Below the pieces are notes generated by a model. That model saw only the letters and a list, made by a program, of their open reading frames with translations, was not told the origin of the DNA and made no database searches. 64,000 nucleotides of DNA, from positions 1 to 64,000 of the forward strand of contig JBGAIQ010000014.1 of the NCBI GenBank assembly GCA_044225365.1. The letters are read 5' to 3'. The DNA comes from Planctomycetota bacterium (lineage in GTDB: Bacteria > Planctomycetota > B15-G4 > JADJEK01). Position numbers and translations under genes: made by a program. How positions within the stretch are numbered: position 1 is the stretch's first letter; every line of letters begins with the position of its first letter. This document shows positions 1-10,107 of the stretch, in pieces.

Positions 1-672
1 GTCGACGGCGACGCGGTCTCGGTCACATTGCGCCCCTTCTTCATCGCGAAGTACGAGATGACCCAGGGCCAGTGGCTGCGGCTCTCCGGTTCGAACCCGT
101 CGTTCTGGGTATCGCAGTATCCGAAGCTGACAGGCCTCGATCGTCCGATCGACAACGTGTCGTGGGACGAGTGTTTTGGCCTCTGCGGTCGGTTTGGTCT
201 CGAACTGCCGACCGAGGCGCGTTGGGAATACGCCTGCCGTGCGGGAACCTCGACCGCGTTCTCGTTCGGCGCGCAGGACGAACAGATGGCAACGCACGGC
301 AACGTACGCGACACTGTTTACGCGAAGACGTTCAGTAACACCGACCCAGCGTCCTGCGATCCGTTCGACGACGGCGAATCGATCCCGTGTGCAGGGGGTC
401 ACTATGCTCCGAACGCCTTCGGGCTCTACGACATGCACGGCAATGTCTGGGAATGGTGCCAAGACGAATTCGGCCGGTACTCGACGAATGCACGTGAAGG
501 GGACGGTCTACGCCAACCTGCGGGGACATCGATGAAGGTCGACCGCGGCGGCAGCTACTTCGATCGCGCGGTCCATGCACGTTCGGCGGGCCGCTCCCGC
601 GACGTTCCCGATTGCCGCAACAGCATCCTCGGGGTCCGTTTCGCCAGGACCCTCGATCGTGATTGGAAATGA
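1..672 (+). CDS. FGE-sulfatase (SUMF1) domain protein, 5'-partial
   Basis: Frame open from base 1. Motifs FFIAKYEMTQGQW, LPTEARWEYACRAG, PNAFGLYDMHGNVWEWC, RGGSY, GVRFAR. Confidence 0.9.
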   Translation, partial: VDGDAVSVTLRPFFIAKYEMTQGQWLRLSGSNPSFWVSQYPKLTGLDRPIDNVSWDECFGLCGRFGLELPTEARWEYACRAGTSTAFSFGAQDEQMATHGNVRDTVYAKTFSNTDPASCDPFDDGESIPCAGGHYAPNAFGLYDMHGNVWEWCQDEFGRYSTNAREGDGLRQPAGTSMKVDRGGSYFDRAVHARSAGRSRDVPDCRNSILGVRFARTLDRDWK

Positions 673-760
673 GCAATGGGCGGCGATTCCGTAGAATCGC
701 AACGACGGCTGAACCAGCCGTTTGCCCCCGCCGTCCGCGCTCCGACGATCAGGAAGGACC

Positions 761-2413
761 ATGAAGAATTCCATTCCGCGCGTCGCATGGCTCGTCGTCT
801 TTCTCTCGCCGCTCGGCTCCGCCGAGGTCCCGAAGGTCGTGATCGCCCAGAACTTCGCCCTCCCGGGCGTCGCGCCGCCGGAAATCGTCACGTCGATCGG
901 AACGCCCGCGACCAACGGCCTGGATCGGTTCGCCGTCGTCGCACGCTCGACGGGGACGAATGGACCCCATTCGTATCTCTGGGGCGGGGTGAGCGGCGGA
1001 GCAGTCGGGGTCCTGCGCACGACGCAGACGATCGGCACGCTCGCACAGACCGACTTCGGTGACGACTGCGGCGTCGCCGATTCCGGCTCGCTTTGCTATC
1101 GCGCGACGGTGAACGATCTCGCCTCCAGCGCCCTCGGCCTTTCGAGCATCTGGCTCGATTCGACGCCGCTGGCCGTCGAAGGCAAAGCGATCGCAGGCCT
1201 TCCGGGCCGGAAGTTCGGCGCGGTCGATTCGCCGAGTATCTCGCGTGCGGGCGTTCCGCACTTCACCGCGCAGATCCGCGACGCGGCGAGCGATGCCCTA
1301 CTCGGAGTCGGGCTGTTCTTGGGCACGAACGTCCAGTGCATCGCGAAGTCCGGGGATCTGTTGCCGGGATTCCCCGGGCCGCTCGCGCTCGACCCATTCG
1401 TGGCGCCTCCGCGCTTCTCGGCGAACGGACTGCATTGGATCGCGGTGGCGCGGATCCTGCTGCCTTCGCAGATCACTCGAGGATGGATCGTGCGCGACGG
1501 CGCGATCGTGCCGTCCTTGCTCGGCGCCTGGGCCGAAGGGCAAGCGCTCGCCGTCACGGAGAGCGGGCTGAACGGCGCCGCGATCGAACACCTCACGGAC
1601 GCCGCCGTCGACGATCTCGGCCGCTTCGCCGCGACCGGCGACACGACCGGATCGGACACGGCGGACGACTTCGTCGCCGTGAACGGCAAACTGAGCTACG
1701 TGGAGGTCAAGGGCACGAATCTCGGTCTCCCGGTCGGACCCGCGACGGGAGTGCGACTCACGGGCGGGGGAGACGTCAGCTATCTCTCGCATCAAGCGAC
1801 GATCGCGAATCCGTTCCTGAATTCCGTCGTGTTCTTCGGCGATCGCTTGACGGTCGGCGCGGGTCTGCTGTTCGACCTCGATGGCGACGGCGTGACCGAT
1901 CCAGAATTGTTCTTCGACTTCGACAGCGCCGTCCGCACGGCCGAAGGTTCGGGGTTCATCCGCGGCCGCTACAACCTGGCGACGTGGCCCCCGCCGGGGA
2001 TCTACCAGGTGCTGCTGCGCGTCGCGACAGGCTGTGCGCGCGCGGAGCGCGTGGGAGTGGGTTGTCCCGGCGCGAACGGTGTGCCTCCCCTGCTCTTCGG
2101 CGTCATCAACTGCGGTGGAACCGGCAGCACACTCGGAGTCACCTTGATCCACGCCCTCCCCGGCGCGACGCACCTCCTCGCGATCGCACCGTCCGTCGGT
2201 GAGGCATCGCTCGGCGGCGGCTGCACCCTGAATCTCCTGCCTCCGCTCGCGGCCTTCGGGATCCTCCCGATCTCCGGCGACTCCCCGACGCTTTCGCTGA
2301 ACCTCACACCTGCCGTCTCCGGCCTCGAGGTCTCCGTGCAGGAATTCGCAAGCGATCCCGGAGCGCCGCTCGGTTTCGTCGCCACCAATGCCGTGACGAT
2401 CGGCGTGCGATGA
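761..2413 (+). CDS. Secreted hypothetical protein (beta-rich body plus ~120-aa C-terminal domain)
   Basis: AGGAAGG RBS before ATG 761. Signal peptide MKNSIPRVAWLVVFLSPLGSA. C-terminus ends Q..SDPGAPLGFVATNAVTIGVR. Confidence 0.75.
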   Translation: MKNSIPRVAWLVVFLSPLGSAEVPKVVIAQNFALPGVAPPEIVTSIGTPATNGLDRFAVVARSTGTNGPHSYLWGGVSGGAVGVLRTTQTIGTLAQTDFGDDCGVADSGSLCYRATVNDLASSALGLSSIWLDSTPLAVEGKAIAGLPGRKFGAVDSPSISRAGVPHFTAQIRDAASDALLGVGLFLGTNVQCIAKSGDLLPGFPGPLALDPFVAPPRFSANGLHWIAVARILLPSQITRGWIVRDGAIVPSLLGAWAEGQALAVTESGLNGAAIEHLTDAAVDDLGRFAATGDTTGSDTADDFVAVNGKLSYVEVKGTNLGLPVGPATGVRLTGGGDVSYLSHQATIANPFLNSVVFFGDRLTVGAGLLFDLDGDGVTDPELFFDFDSAVRTAEGSGFIRGRYNLATWPPPGIYQVLLRVATGCARAERVGVGCPGANGVPPLLFGVINCGGTGSTLGVTLIHALPGATHLLAIAPSVGEASLGGGCTLNLLPPLAAFGILPISGDSPTLSLNLTPAVSGLEVSVQEFASDPGAPLGFVATNAVTIGVR

Positions 2414-2460
2414 AGCAGCTTCGTTCCTACGGGTGAACCGGTTCGGATACGAGAACGAGT

Positions 2461-2856
2461 TCAGCGAGCGGCCGACTCGCTCCGCCCGGGAACGTCGTTC
2501 GGAGCGACGCCCTTCTCGCCCGCGTCGATTCGCGCGCCCGGCATCCGGATGTGGCCGAGGATGGCGGTGAAGTGACGAACCCATGCGAGTCCGAAGCGGT
2601 GGCGTCGACCCGTCGACGACGCATGCCCGACGACTTCGACCGACGTTTCGATCTCCCCCACGAAGTCGCCGTTCGCGTCCTTGACCCAGTGAAACGTCTG
2701 GCGCACGAGCTGGAGCTGGCTCAAGGGTCCTTCGATCCGATCGAGAGCGGCGGCGGACGCGTTCGCGCTCGCTGGAGCGCTCGCGGTCCGAGCCCGCGCG
2801 ATGGCGGCGCCCACGGGCAGGGAATTGGACGGGTCGGATGGGACGTTCAAACTCAT
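2461..2856 (-). CDS. Hypothetical protein, 131 aa
   Basis: ATG-started ORF filling the gap downstream of the response regulator on the same strand. No recognised motif. Confidence 0.45.
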   Translation of the reverse strand: MSLNVPSDPSNSLPVGAAIARARTASAPASANASAAALDRIEGPLSQLQLVRQTFHWVKDANGDFVGEIETSVEVVGHASSTGRRHRFGLAWVRHFTAILGHIRMPGARIDAGEKGVAPNDVPGRSESAAR

Positions 2857-2971
2857 GACGCGGTCTCGCGATCCAGGCTCCTTGGGGTATTCGTCGCCTG
2901 CCGTTGTCGTCCCGCCACGCCGAACGTTGCACGACGCCCGTGAGCGCTCGGAGCACTCGCCGAGCTCGTTC

Positions 2972-3622
2972 TCAGATCCAGCCGAGTTCGAGCCCCTTCA
3001 GAACTGCGTGCGTGCGGTCGCGTGCGCCGAGCTTGGAGAGGAGATTCGATACGTGGTTCTTCACCGTTCCGTCGGCGAGATCGAGCGCATGCGCGATCTC
3101 CCGATTCGAGAGACCGCCGGACAGGAGTCGCAGGATCTCGACCTCTCGCTGCGTGAGCGCGTCGGGATGAGGCAGGCAGGGCGGCGCCGGCGGAAGCGTT
3201 GCGATCCCGCGAAGCACGCGCTCGGTGATGGCCGGTTGGATCATGGTGCCCCCGCCGGCGAGCGTCCTGATGCCGCACATCAATTGTTCGAGCGTGGCGT
3301 CCTTCAGGAGATAACCGCGAGCGCCGGCACGAATGGCATCGAGGACGAGATCGGTGTCGTCGAAAGTCGTGAGGACGAGGACCGGTGGAGCATCGGCCCG
3401 ATTCTGCATCGCGCGCAGCACCGCGATACCGTCGAGGCGCGGCATCTTGAGATCGAGCAGAACGACATCGGGCGAGCAGGCCGCGAGCATTCGCAACGCC
3501 TCTCTCCCGTCCGCCGCTTCTCCCACGAGTTGGATCTCGGGCGAGAGTGCGAGCAGACTGCGGATTCCCTGACGCACGAGCGTCTGGTCGTCGACGACTA
3601 GAACCCGGATCACGGAAGCCAT
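2972..3622 (-). CDS. NarL/LuxR-family response regulator
   Basis: REC domain (VLVVDD, DVVLLDLKMP, GYLLKD) plus LuxR HTH (LTQREVEILRLL..GLSNREIA..TVKNHVSNLLSKLG). Confidence 0.96.
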   Translation of the reverse strand: MASVIRVLVVDDQTLVRQGIRSLLALSPEIQLVGEAADGREALRMLAACSPDVVLLDLKMPRLDGIAVLRAMQNRADAPPVLVLTTFDDTDLVLDAIRAGARGYLLKDATLEQLMCGIRTLAGGGTMIQPAITERVLRGIATLPPAPPCLPHPDALTQREVEILRLLSGGLSNREIAHALDLADGTVKNHVSNLLSKLGARDRTHAVLKGLELGWI

Positions 3623-4752
3623 GCGGTCACCGCGAAGCCCCCGCCACGATTCGTCGCGAGAGCGACTCGTCCGCCGAGACGCTCGAACCGCTCGGCGAGG
3701 CCATTCAGACCCATCCCGCGCACCACGCGATCGGCTCCATCTCCGTCATCGCGCGCGGAGAGAACGATTCCGGGTTCCGCGGGCTTCAAGTCGATCCAGA
3801 GATTCTCCCCGTTCGAATGCCTCGCCGCGTTCGTGATCGCTTCCTGGGCGCAACGAATCAACGCCTCTGCGTATCGCGGATCCGCGATCACTCGCACCGC
3901 GGGATCGACCACGACGTGAATGACTGGAGCGGGCATGTCCGCAGCGAGCTTCGCGAGCGCACTCTCCAGGTCGTAGCCGTTCTCGCGGCGCAGCTCGGTG
4001 ACGACTTCGCGTACATCGCCGAGCAACTCGCGAGCGATGTTCCGCGCGCGATCCACGTGCGTCTTCGCGACGTCCGTCGTGAGGTGCGATGCGACTTCGA
4101 GATTGAGGCTCATCGCGGCGAGGTGATGCCCGAGCACGTCGTGGAGATCCTGTCCGATCCGCGAACGGTCCGCGAGACGCTGGCTCTCGGCAAGGAGCGC
4201 GTCCTTCGCCCGTAGTTCGAGCTGGGATCGTGCGAAATCGTCCCTCGCCTCGGCCTCGTTGAGCGCGGCGCGGACGATCATGTACGAGAACGCCTGGAAG
4301 CCGAGATAGACCGCGATGTACGACTGGGCTTCCCAGGCGGGAACGATCCGGGCATAGACCCAACCCATCGCCGCGCTCTGCGCGAGGATCCAGAACACGG
4401 CGATACGCGGTCGCAGGAGGCCCGCCATCTGCGCCGCCACGAGCGTGAGGAAGATGAATCCGACGGGCTTCTTCGGCAGTCCCGCGATCGCGAGCGCGCT
4501 GACGGATTCCGCGAGAAGGGCCGCGATGCGCGCGCCTCGGCCACGAGAACCGCTCGACGGCGACGTGTCGGCCCAGAACAGAACGATGAAGCCGAGGAAC
4601 GCCGTTGCGAAACAGGAGATCGGAAGCGCGTCCGCGAGAGGCGGGTCCTGAACGAAGAACATCGCGAATGCACAGCCGATGACGAACCAGGTGATCGCCC
4701 CGGCGATTCGTAACCAGCGATGAACGACTCGACTCGTGCGCACGACCTGCAT
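3610..4752 (-). CDS. Membrane sensor histidine kinase (HisKA_3, DesK-like)
   Basis: Several TM helices, H-box RIGQDLHDVLGHHL, QEAITNAARHS, DDGDG, GMGLNGL. Overlaps the regulator start. Start ATG 4752 is uncertain. Confidence 0.93.
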   Translation of the reverse strand: MQVVRTSRVVHRWLRIAGAITWFVIGCAFAMFFVQDPPLADALPISCFATAFLGFIVLFWADTSPSSGSRGRGARIAALLAESVSALAIAGLPKKPVGFIFLTLVAAQMAGLLRPRIAVFWILAQSAAMGWVYARIVPAWEAQSYIAVYLGFQAFSYMIVRAALNEAEARDDFARSQLELRAKDALLAESQRLADRSRIGQDLHDVLGHHLAAMSLNLEVASHLTTDVAKTHVDRARNIARELLGDVREVVTELRRENGYDLESALAKLAADMPAPVIHVVVDPAVRVIADPRYAEALIRCAQEAITNAARHSNGENLWIDLKPAEPGIVLSARDDGDGADRVVRGMGLNGLAERFERLGGRVALATNRGGGFAVTAWLP

Positions 4753-4965
4753 GGTATCAGCCTGGTCTCTACGTTCGTGATGCCGCGAGCGAGCGGGGAC
4801 GATCTCACGGGAGGAAGCCAGAACGCCGATTCTCGTCGTCGCGACCTTCGTGCCCAGAGATCTTCGCAGAGGACGCGCGTTCCGCACCCGTGCCGAAAGT
4901 CATGCTCCGAGCACCCTGACCCTCGGCACAGGTGACGAGAGCGGGTTCGCCGTAGCTTCCTCGGC

Positions 4966-6321
4966 ATGAGCGAACCCCAACTCCAACGAGCCCTCGGACC
5001 CTTCGCACTCGTCATGCTCGGAATCGGCGCCGTGATCGGCACCGGGATCTTCACGCTCACCGGCCAGGCCGCAGCGATGCACGCCGGACCCGCGATCGTG
5101 ATCTCGATGCTCGTCGCGGGCGTCGCCGCGGCGCTTGCCGGCCTCTGCTACTCCGAACTCGCGACGATGTTCCCCATCGCGGGCTCCGCGTATACGTACT
5201 GTCGCGCCGCGTTCGGGGAGACGATCGGATTCGTCATCGGCTGGGACCTGATCCTCGAGTACGCGCTGAGCGTGTCGACAGTTGCCGTGGGCTGGTCGGC
5301 GAACCTGCGCTCGCTGCTGCTGGATTTCGGGATCCATCTCGGGAGGGGGAGAGTCGACGTGGCGGCGATGCTCGCCGTGATCGCGGTGACGCTGCTCCTC
5401 GTGCGCGGCGTCGCAAAGACCGCGAGCGTCAACAACGCCATCGTCGGCATCAAGGTGGCCGTGATCCTCGTGGTGATCGGCTGCGGAGCCGCATACGTCG
5501 ATCCTGGACTCTGGCATCCTTTCGTCCCCGCGAACACGGGTCGGTTCGGCGAGTTCGGATGGAGTGGAGTCCTGCGCGGGGCGGCCGTGATCTTCTTCGC
5601 GTACATCGGTTTCGATTCGGTGTCGACGGCGGCTCAGGAGTGCAGGAAGCCGAGCCGCGACGTTCCCATCGGGCTCCTCGGCTCGCTCGCGATCTGCACC
5701 GTGCTCTACGTCCTCGTGTCCATCGTGATGGTCGGCTTGAAGTCGTACACCGAGCTCGAGGATCCGGCGCCGATGGCGCTCGCGGTCGATTCGATTCGCG
5801 CTCGCGCCGCGGGATCGACCTTCGCGCCGATCGCAAGCGGCCTCGCGCTCCTGGTGAAGCTCGGAACGTTGCTCGGTCTCAGCTCCACGATGGTCGTCAC
5901 ATTGCTCGGTCAGTCGCGTGTGTTCTACGCGATGGCGCAGGACGGGCTCCTCCCCGCGGCGGCCGCGCGCATCCATGAGCGCTTCCACACGCCTCACATC
6001 ACGACTCTCGTCGTGGGCGGCGCGTGCGCCCTCGTCGCGGGATTGACTCCCATCGACGTGCTCTCGGAGCTCGTGAGCATCGGAACGTTGTTCGCATTCG
6101 TCCTCGTCTCGATCGGTGTCCTCGTACTTCGACGGCGCGCGCCGGACGCCGCTCGTCCGTTCCGAACGCCCGGTGTGCCGTTCGTCCCCATTGCCGCGGC
6201 CGCGATCAGCTTCGTCCTGATGCTCGGACTCCCGCTCGCGACCTGGCAACGACTCTTCGTGTGGATGGCGATCGGGGGCTGCGTCCTCCTCGTCATCCGA
6301 CGACGGAGGGTGCGACGATGA
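4966..6321 (+). CDS. APC-superfamily amino acid permease
   Basis: GIGAVIGTGIF, CYSELATMFPIAGSAYTY, FFAYIGFDSVST, about 12 TM helices. Confidence 0.95.
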   Translation: MSEPQLQRALGPFALVMLGIGAVIGTGIFTLTGQAAAMHAGPAIVISMLVAGVAAALAGLCYSELATMFPIAGSAYTYCRAAFGETIGFVIGWDLILEYALSVSTVAVGWSANLRSLLLDFGIHLGRGRVDVAAMLAVIAVTLLLVRGVAKTASVNNAIVGIKVAVILVVIGCGAAYVDPGLWHPFVPANTGRFGEFGWSGVLRGAAVIFFAYIGFDSVSTAAQECRKPSRDVPIGLLGSLAICTVLYVLVSIVMVGLKSYTELEDPAPMALAVDSIRARAAGSTFAPIASGLALLVKLGTLLGLSSTMVVTLLGQSRVFYAMAQDGLLPAAAARIHERFHTPHITTLVVGGACALVAGLTPIDVLSELVSIGTLFAFVLVSIGVLVLRRRAPDAARPFRTPGVPFVPIAAAAISFVLMLGLPLATWQRLFVWMAIGGCVLLVIRRRRVRR

Positions 6322-7604
6322 ACCGCCATCCCGACGGCCTCGCGACGCTGTTCCTCACCGAAGCGTGGGAACGCTTCAGCTACTACGGCATGCGCGCCCT
6401 GCTCGTCCTCTTCCTCACCGCGCCTCGCGCGAATGGAGGACTCGAGTTCGACCTGAAGCGCGCGACGACGATCTACGGGCTCTACACGTCGAGCGTTTAC
6501 ATCACTGCCCCGCTCGGTGGGTTCCTCGCCGACCGTTTCCTCGGTGCGACCCGCGCCGTGATCCTCGGTGGGCTCCTGATCCTCGTCGGACAGATCCTGC
6601 TGACCACGCTCTCCTGGCCGCCGTTCTGCGCGGGCATGGGAGCGATCGCGATCGGATCGGGTCTGCTCAAGCCAAACGTGAGCGCTCTCGTCGGCTCGCT
6701 CTACGACTCCGCGGATCCGCGCCGTGACGCCGGTTTCTCGCTGTTCTACATGGGTATCAACCTCGGCGCGACGCTCGCGCCTCTCGTCTGTGGCGCGCTC
6801 GCGCAGGGGTTGAACTCATGGCGCCTCGGATTCGCCGCGGCGGGGCTCGGGATGGCGATCGGGCTCGTCGGGTTCGTTCGAAGACGAGGCCGGTTCGCGG
6901 CAACGTCTCGGTCGGCGAGGGACGTCGAGATCACGACGGACGCAGGCACGGATCCTGCGTTTGCGCGGCCGTCGCGCGCGGGAGTCATCCTCGCGTTCTG
7001 CGCGGCATGCGTGATCTTCTTCACGGTCTTCGAACAGAGCGGGTCGAGTCTCACTCTCTTCGCCGATCGTCGGACTCGTCACTCCCTCTTCGGCGTCGCG
7101 TTCCCCTCGTCGTGGTTCCAATCGGTGAATGCGGTCTTCATCCTGATGCTTGCTCCGGCGTTCTCTTCGCTGTGGAACGCCTGGGGCCCGCGCGCTCCGC
7201 GCAGTCCATGGAAGTTCTCGATCGGACTCCTGCTCGCCGGACTCGGCTACGTGCTCCTGCTCCCCGCCGCGAGCGCGAGTGCGGGCGGACTCGTGAGCCC
7301 GTTGTGGCTGATCGGACTCTACCTGCTCCACACGCTCGGCGAATTGTGCCTCTCCCCGGTCGGCCTCGCGACCATGAGCAAACTCGCGCCGGCGCGCCAC
7401 ACGGGGCGGATCCTCGGGCTCTGGCTGATCTCCATCGCGATCGGAAACTACCTCGCAGGAGTCTGCGCCGGTGCGTTCGACCCCGATCAGCCTCACACCG
7501 GCTTCGTGTTGTTCGCATCGCTCGCGGCGCTCTCGATCTTCGGAAGTATCGCGATGGCGCTCTCGGCGCGAACGATCGTGCGCCGCATGGGCGACGTCCA
7601 CTGA
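6318..7604 (+). CDS. POT/PTR-family proton-dependent oligopeptide transporter
   Basis: EAWERFSYYGMR (ExxERFxYY), FYMGINLG, GELCLSPVG. ATGA overlap with the permease stop. Confidence 0.95.
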   Translation: MNRHPDGLATLFLTEAWERFSYYGMRALLVLFLTAPRANGGLEFDLKRATTIYGLYTSSVYITAPLGGFLADRFLGATRAVILGGLLILVGQILLTTLSWPPFCAGMGAIAIGSGLLKPNVSALVGSLYDSADPRRDAGFSLFYMGINLGATLAPLVCGALAQGLNSWRLGFAAAGLGMAIGLVGFVRRRGRFAATSRSARDVEITTDAGTDPAFARPSRAGVILAFCAACVIFFTVFEQSGSSLTLFADRRTRHSLFGVAFPSSWFQSVNAVFILMLAPAFSSLWNAWGPRAPRSPWKFSIGLLLAGLGYVLLLPAASASAGGLVSPLWLIGLYLLHTLGELCLSPVGLATMSKLAPARHTGRILGLWLISIAIGNYLAGVCAGAFDPDQPHTGFVLFASLAALSIFGSIAMALSARTIVRRMGDVH

Positions 7605-7607
7605 GGC

Positions 7608-8870
7608 TCAGCGTCGCGCGAGCGCGGCTGCTCTCCGAAGCAGATGGTCTCGCTCGACGCCGTTCGTCGCGAGGGCTGCGGCGGCCCGATATTCGTCGCC
7701 GGCTGCCGCATGATCGCCCGCGAGTTCGAGGAGATGGGCGCGAACCGACGCGACGCGATGATGGCGGGAAATCCGCTCGTCGCCCTCCAGCGCGGCGAGG
7801 AGCGAGAGGCCGTGCCGCGGTCCGTGCACCATCGCAGCGGCAACGATGCGATTGAGATCCACCATGGGATTGTTCGAGATCCTCGACCACTGCTCGTAGA
7901 GGCCGAGGATCTGCGGCCAAGGCGTCTCGCCCGCGGTGCGAGCTTCGTCGTGGAGCGCCGCGATGGACGCCTGAATCCGATAGACGCCGAATCCCAGCTT
8001 CAAGAACGTCGACTCGAGCAGCGCGATTCCCTCCGCGATCTGCACGCGATCCCACGATGCCCGGTCCTGTTCCTCGAGCGGAATCGGCTCGCCGTTCGAG
8101 CGTTCGCGCGCACATCGACGAGCATCGGTCAGGAGCATGAGCGAGAGCAGTCCGGTCGTCTCGACGTCTTCGGGTTCGAGCCGATGAAGCAGACGCGCGA
8201 GTCGGATCGCTTCGGTCGCGAGCTCGACCCGCTGGAGTTTCGAGCCATGGCTGCTCGCGTAGCCTTCGTTGAAGAGCAGGTAGAGGACGTGCCGGACCGC
8301 GCCGAGCCGCTCCTCTCGTTCGGATCGCGTGGGCTCGACCAGGGGCAGGTCCGATTCGGCGATCGTCTCCTTCGCGCGGGAGATCCGCTGCGCCATCGTC
8401 GCCTCGGAAACGAGGAATCCGCTCGCGATCTGGGCGGTCGTCAATCCTCCGACGGCGCGAAGAGTCAATGCGATCGCCGACGCCGCGGAGAGCGACGGAT
8501 GACAGCAGGTGAACAGGATCCGAAGCGTGTCGTCGCGTTCCTCCGCAGAACGAAGGTCGAACGAGTCCGTCGGGTCCGCGGCCTGCTCCACGTCCATCGC
8601 GACGAGCGATTCACGTCGTTTCCTCGCCTTCTCGCTCGAGCCGTGATCGCACAGGCGGCGATGAGCGACGCGGTACAACCAGCCGCCCGGATTCTCGGGA
8701 AGCCCGTCCTTCCGCCAGGCCGCATCGGCGGCGATCCACGCTTCTTGAACGGCATCCTCCACCGCGGCGAAGTCCCGCGCACGGGAAACCAACGCGCCCA
8801 GGACCCGCGGTGCGAGCTCGCGGAGAAGGCCCTCGATCCGCTCCGATTCCGGCGCGTCGAACACGCTCAC
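7608..8870 (-). CDS. ECF42-type RNA polymerase sigma factor with C-terminal TPR extension
   Basis: VEDAVQEA, DDTLRILFTCCHPSL, TMAQRISRAK, YLLFNEGY, LEEQDRASWD. GTGA overlap with the upstream DGPF/YciI gene. Confidence 0.92.
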   Translation of the reverse strand: MSVFDAPESERIEGLLRELAPRVLGALVSRARDFAAVEDAVQEAWIAADAAWRKDGLPENPGGWLYRVAHRRLCDHGSSEKARKRRESLVAMDVEQAADPTDSFDLRSAEERDDTLRILFTCCHPSLSAASAIALTLRAVGGLTTAQIASGFLVSEATMAQRISRAKETIAESDLPLVEPTRSEREERLGAVRHVLYLLFNEGYASSHGSKLQRVELATEAIRLARLLHRLEPEDVETTGLLSLMLLTDARRCARERSNGEPIPLEEQDRASWDRVQIAEGIALLESTFLKLGFGVYRIQASIAALHDEARTAGETPWPQILGLYEQWSRISNNPMVDLNRIVAAAMVHGPRHGLSLLAALEGDERISRHHRVASVRAHLLELAGDHAAAGDEYRAAAALATNGVERDHLLRRAAALARR

Positions 8871-9256
8871 ACCTTGGGTGCGCTCATGATCTGGCGGACT
8901 TCGATCGGAATGCTCATCGGGACTCCTCCCTTTCCAGGCGCCGCCGAAGCCTCCGCTGCGATCGCGATCGCTCGCTCCTTCGAATCGCACTCGACGATCC
9001 AGAAACCGACGAGGAACTCCTTCGTCTCCGGAAACGGTCCGTCCGTGATCGCCGGAGCGCCATCCGGTCGAGCTCGGACGATCTTCGTGTTCGCGGGGAC
9101 ATCGAGGCCTTCCGCGAGCACGAGTTCGCCGAGAGCCGCGAGCTTCTTCGCGAAGGCGATCATGAACTCGATGTGCGCCTTGAACTCGGCGGGCGTCCAG
9201 GTCGCGAGCGATTCGAAGCCCGACTGGGTGCCCTGCATCGTCAACATGAACTTCAT
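8867..9256 (-). CDS. YciI/DGPF-family protein
   Basis: MKFMLTM start, ITDGPFPETKEFLVGFWIVEC, IEVRQI. Canonical ECF42 neighbour. Confidence 0.93.
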   Translation of the reverse strand: MKFMLTMQGTQSGFESLATWTPAEFKAHIEFMIAFAKKLAALGELVLAEGLDVPANTKIVRARPDGAPAITDGPFPETKEFLVGFWIVECDSKERAIAIAAEASAAPGKGGVPMSIPIEVRQIMSAPKV

Positions 9257-9315
9257 GATGCGTCTTTCTCCTTCGATCGGGGAACCAACCTCAGCCGTGC
9301 GAGCGAGACTCGAGA

Positions 9316-9858
9316 TCACTTCTTGCGAGTGAACTCGATTCGAAGCTGCTGCATCTCCTCGCCATCGGGGCCTTTGCCGTAGAGGGCGTACGTGTAGTGA
9401 TCGTCGTCCTGGTAATGGGTCACCGTGCGGCAGGGCTCGAGCTTTCCGCTCATCCCGAAGCATTCCCCCGCGAGAGTCAATTCCCGCTTCTTGGCGTCGT
9501 AGTCACCGAACAACATGAGCGGCGTCGGCGTCATCGAGTCGGTCCACATCGTGAAGAACTTCTTTCGAAGCGGGCAGTATCCGCTCATCCCGTGACCCTC
9601 GAACTTCATTCCCATGAGTTCACCTTCGAAGGTCTCGATCGTGTGGAAGCTCGCGTGACGCGTCGTGGTGCCGACTCCTTTCGTGCGCACTTCCGCGCCG
9701 CTCGGGTCCTTCACGATGATGACGGCATCCCAAGTGCCGACCCGCTTCGCCAGGAGTTCGTGTTCGGGTCCAGGCTTCAGGAGAGCCTCGTCCTGGAACG
9801 AGAAGGCGATGCTCGAGATCACCGCGAGACCGAAGAGCGCTGCGACGAGAATCTTCAT
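9316..9858 (-). CDS. DUF1579-family secreted protein
   Basis: Signal peptide, KPGPEHELL..VGTWD, FEGHGMSGYC..KKFFTMWTDSM. Confidence 0.85.
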   Translation of the reverse strand: MKILVAALFGLAVISSIAFSFQDEALLKPGPEHELLAKRVGTWDAVIIVKDPSGAEVRTKGVGTTTRHASFHTIETFEGELMGMKFEGHGMSGYCPLRKKFFTMWTDSMTPTPLMLFGDYDAKKRELTLAGECFGMSGKLEPCRTVTHYQDDDHYTYALYGKGPDGEEMQQLRIEFTRKK

Positions 9859-9907
9859 GCTGGTTTCCTTTGCGAACCGTAGGAATCAAAACCTCGGACG
9901 ACGACGA

Positions 9908-9934
9908 GTCGGAGCCGTCCCGCGATTCTCGACA
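9908..9934 (-). promoter_or_regulatory. Putative ECF42-dependent promoter (TGTCGA-N17-CGAC)
   Basis: Minus strand reads TGTCGA gaatcgcgggacggctc CGAC, about 50 nt upstream of the DUF1579-DGPF-ECF42 operon. Fits the ECF42 consensus TGTCGA / CG(A/T)C. Confidence 0.6.
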
Positions 9935-10107
9935 TTCCACCCAGGAAAAGAACGCGTCCTCATTCCTGAATCTCCAGGTTTCGATCGCGCTCGAACGGAC
10001 CTCGGCGAATTCCAGGGCGCAACCTCGGATCCTGGCGGCATACTCTCCCCGCGCCGGCGAGCGGAGAGAGTCACGGGCGGCGCGTGTGTCCCCGCGGATC
10101 CCGCCGG

